Positions 61,427-64,000 of a stretch of 64,000 nucleotides of DNA are shown here, piece by piece. The DNA comes from an uncultured Spirochaetota bacterium (lineage in GTDB: Bacteria; Spirochaetota; Spirochaetia; SZUA-6; Fen-1364). The stretch's first letter is position 1. Every line of letters starts with the position of its first letter. The translations under genes and the position numbers were made by a program. Under the pieces are notes generated by a model. It was not told where the DNA came from and did not search any database. It saw nothing but the letters and a program-made list of their open reading frames with translations. The stretch covers positions 544,001 to 608,000 of the forward strand of contig CAWAHW010000001.1 in NCBI GenBank assembly GCA_963781885.1, written 5' to 3'.

Positions 61427-64000
61427 TCAGCTCGCCCGCTGCGAAAGGAATCCTGCGAGGAAGCGCGCCGTATAAGACCCTGACCGCACGCGCGCGACCT
61501 GCGCCGGCGTGCCCTGCGCCACGATCCTGCCGCCCCCGTCGCCGCCTTCCGGCCCCAGGTCGATGATCCAGTCAGCCTCCGCGATGATGTCGAGATTGTG
61601 CTCGATGACGACCACGGTGTTTCCGGCATCCACGAGCCTGTGCAGCACGCGGATCAGCTTCTCCACGTCGGCCATGTGCAGACCGATTGTGGGCTCGTCC
61701 AGGACGTACAGCGAGCGCAGCGGCTTCTGCGCGAATCTTCCCCCGCCGTCCTTTTCCACGGCGGCCTGCGCGACGGCTTCCTCTTCCGGCACGCGCGCCT
61801 TTGCAAGCTCCGTGACCAGCTTGATGCGCTGCGCCTCGCCGCCGCTCAGGGACGGGCTCTGCTGTCCGAGCGTAAGGTAGCCCAGGCCGACCTGCTGGAG
61901 AAGCCGCAGCGCGTGGCGGATGCCCGGATGAAAGTCGAAATAGACAACCGCCTCGTCCACGCTCATGGCCAGGACCTCGGCGATGCTCTTGTCCCTGAAC
62001 CGGACCGCGAGCGTCTCCGGGTTGAATCGCGCGCCGCGGCAGGCGTCGCAGGGCACCGTGACGTCGGGCAGGAAGCTCATCTCGATCTTCTTCATGCCCT
62101 GGCCTTCGCACTCCTCGCACCGGCCGCCGGTGACGTTGAAAGAGAACCTGCTTCCCGTGTAGCCGCGCAAGCGCGCCTCGGAGGTTGCGGCGAAAAGTTT
62201 TCGGATGTCGTCCCAAATCCCCACATAGGTCGCCGGGCAGGATCGCGGGGTCTTGCCGATCGGCGTCTGGTCCACCTCCAGCGTGCGCGCGATGCTTTGC
62301 CAACCGTCCAGGCCGGCGCATCCATGCAGCGGGGCATCCCGGGCGCGGCGCTTCCCGGCCAGAAGGTGGCGCACGTTCTCATAGAGGATGTTGCGCACGA
62401 GCGTGCTCTTGCCGCTGCCGCTCACGCCCGTGACGCAGGTGAGCCTGCCGACGGGGATCTGCACGTCCAGGCCGTCGAGGTTGTGCAGACGCGCGCCGCG
62501 CACGGTGATCGGGGGGCTGTCGGCAGGCCGCTCGCGGCGCCCGCCCGTCACCAGCGGGTGCAGGAGCGGATGCGTGAGGAACCGGCCTGTCATGGACGCG
62601 CGGCTGCGCATGATCGCGGCGACGGTGCCCTGGGCCACGACGTGGCCGCCGTTTACGCCGCCCCCCGGCCCCAGGTCAACGACGTGCGCGGCCCTGCGGA
62701 TGGTCTCCTCGTCGTGCTCCACGACAATGACGGTGTTGCCCTTGGCGCGGAGCGCCTCCAGCGTGTCCAGCAGCACAAGGTTGTCGCGCGCGTGCAGGCC
62801 GATGGTCGGCTCGTCGAGGATGTAGCAGACCCCGCGCAGGTTCGACCCGAGCTGCGACGCCAGGCGTATGCGCTGCGCCTCCCCGCCGCTCAGCGTCGGC
62901 GCCGACCTGTCCAGCGCGATGTAGGAAAGCCCCACGCTCTGCAGGAACGCCAGGCGCGAGACGATCTCCGCGACGATGTCCCGCGCGATCTCTCCCTCAC
63001 GGAGAGAGAGGCGCAGCCCCTTCATCTGCTTCATGAGCTCCACGACCGGGAGCTTCGTATAGCCCGAGATGGGGCGATCGCGGAACCGAACGGCAAGGGC
63101 TTCCGGCCGCAGGCGCTCGCCGTTGCAGACCGGGCACGTCTTCTCGGGGCCGCCCCACCAGTCGTTCCACCAGATCTCCTCCCCCGTCTGCTCGGCGTCG
63201 AAACCGGAAAGATGAAGACCCGTTCCATAGCACGCAGGGCACCACCCATGCCGCGAGTTGTAGGAGAAGAGCCGGGGGTCGAGCTCCTCGAAGCTCCTGC
63301 CGCACTTCGGGCAGGCGCGCCGGGTGGAGAAGACCGTCTCCTTTGCGGGCCTTTCGCGCGCGTCTCTGCCACGACGCGTATCGCGCCCTTGCCGAAGTCC
63401 AGGCCCCGCGTCAGGAGCTCACGGAGGACACGCTCGCGGTCCGCCGAGACCCGCTCGCGTCCGACGGGAAGCTCGATGGTATGCTCCTTGAATCGGTCCA
63501 ACCGGGGCCAGGCCGCCGTGGGCAAAAGCTCGCCGTCCACGCGCAAGTGCTCGAAGCCCTTTGCCGCGGCCCAGGCGGCAAGGTCCGTGTAGTAGCCCTT
63601 GCGCGCCGTGATGAGCGGGGCGAGCACGAGGATCCGTTTCTCCCGATAGTCCCTGAGCACGCGCGCGGCGATTGCGTCCGGCGTCTGTGACTGGATGGGA
63701 AGACCGCAATCGGGGCAGTGCTGGATGCCCAGCTTCACGAAGAGGAGGCGGAGGAAGGGATAGATCTCGGTGAGTGTTGCAACGGTGCTCTTGCGGCCGC
63801 CGCGGCTCGTGCGCTGCTCGATTGCCACCGTCGGGGGAACGCCGTAGACGCCGTCCACGTCCGGTCTGCTCGCCGGCTGCACGAACTGCCGCGCGTACGC
63901 GTTCAGGGACTCCAGGTAGCGGCGCTGGCCCTCGGCAAAGAGGATGTCGAAAGCGATGGTGCTCTTCCCGCTCCCGCTCACGCCCGTGATGACGCTGAGC
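61427..64000 (-). CDS. uvrA: UvrA excinuclease subunit A (5' end outside the window; frameshift near 63345)
   Basis: GVSGSGKS twice, [10 protein letters not shown], zinc-finger CxxC pairs, LSGGEAQRI twice, LDEPTIGLH twice. Confidence 0.9.

Noticed and set aside
5084-63592. Many long antisense or alternate-frame ORFs (e.g. 5084-7093 -, 8804-11356 -, 32567-34396 +, 61598-63592 +)
   Set aside because: They are shadow ORFs expected in high-GC DNA. They overlap well-supported genes and have Arg/Pro/Gly-rich sequence with no motifs.

Overview
GC-rich bacterial chromosomal window. The MCPs and lipoprotein signal peptides suggest an uncultured spirochaete, but this is inference. It holds about 48 genes: a Type III R-M pair, several signalling modules (hybrid kinases, MCPs, a NarL-type TCS with an ABC exporter, an NtrC-type activator with a sigma-54 promoter), a cellobiose phosphorylase/LacI unit, LarA, AlkA and a partial UvrA. 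About eight single-base frameshifts in otherwise intact genes look like assembly indels. The highlight is a non-canonical NHEJ locus (24372-36398) made of two convergent operons. The first is Ku + stand-alone ATP-dependent ligase + BRCT-MerR-TPR protein. The second is a LigD whose ligase domain lacks the key catalytic residues, plus a Dna2/Cas4-like nuclease-exonuclease-SF1 helicase. A lower-GC lipoprotein islet separates the two operons. No rRNA, tRNA, CRISPR array or transposase was recognised.
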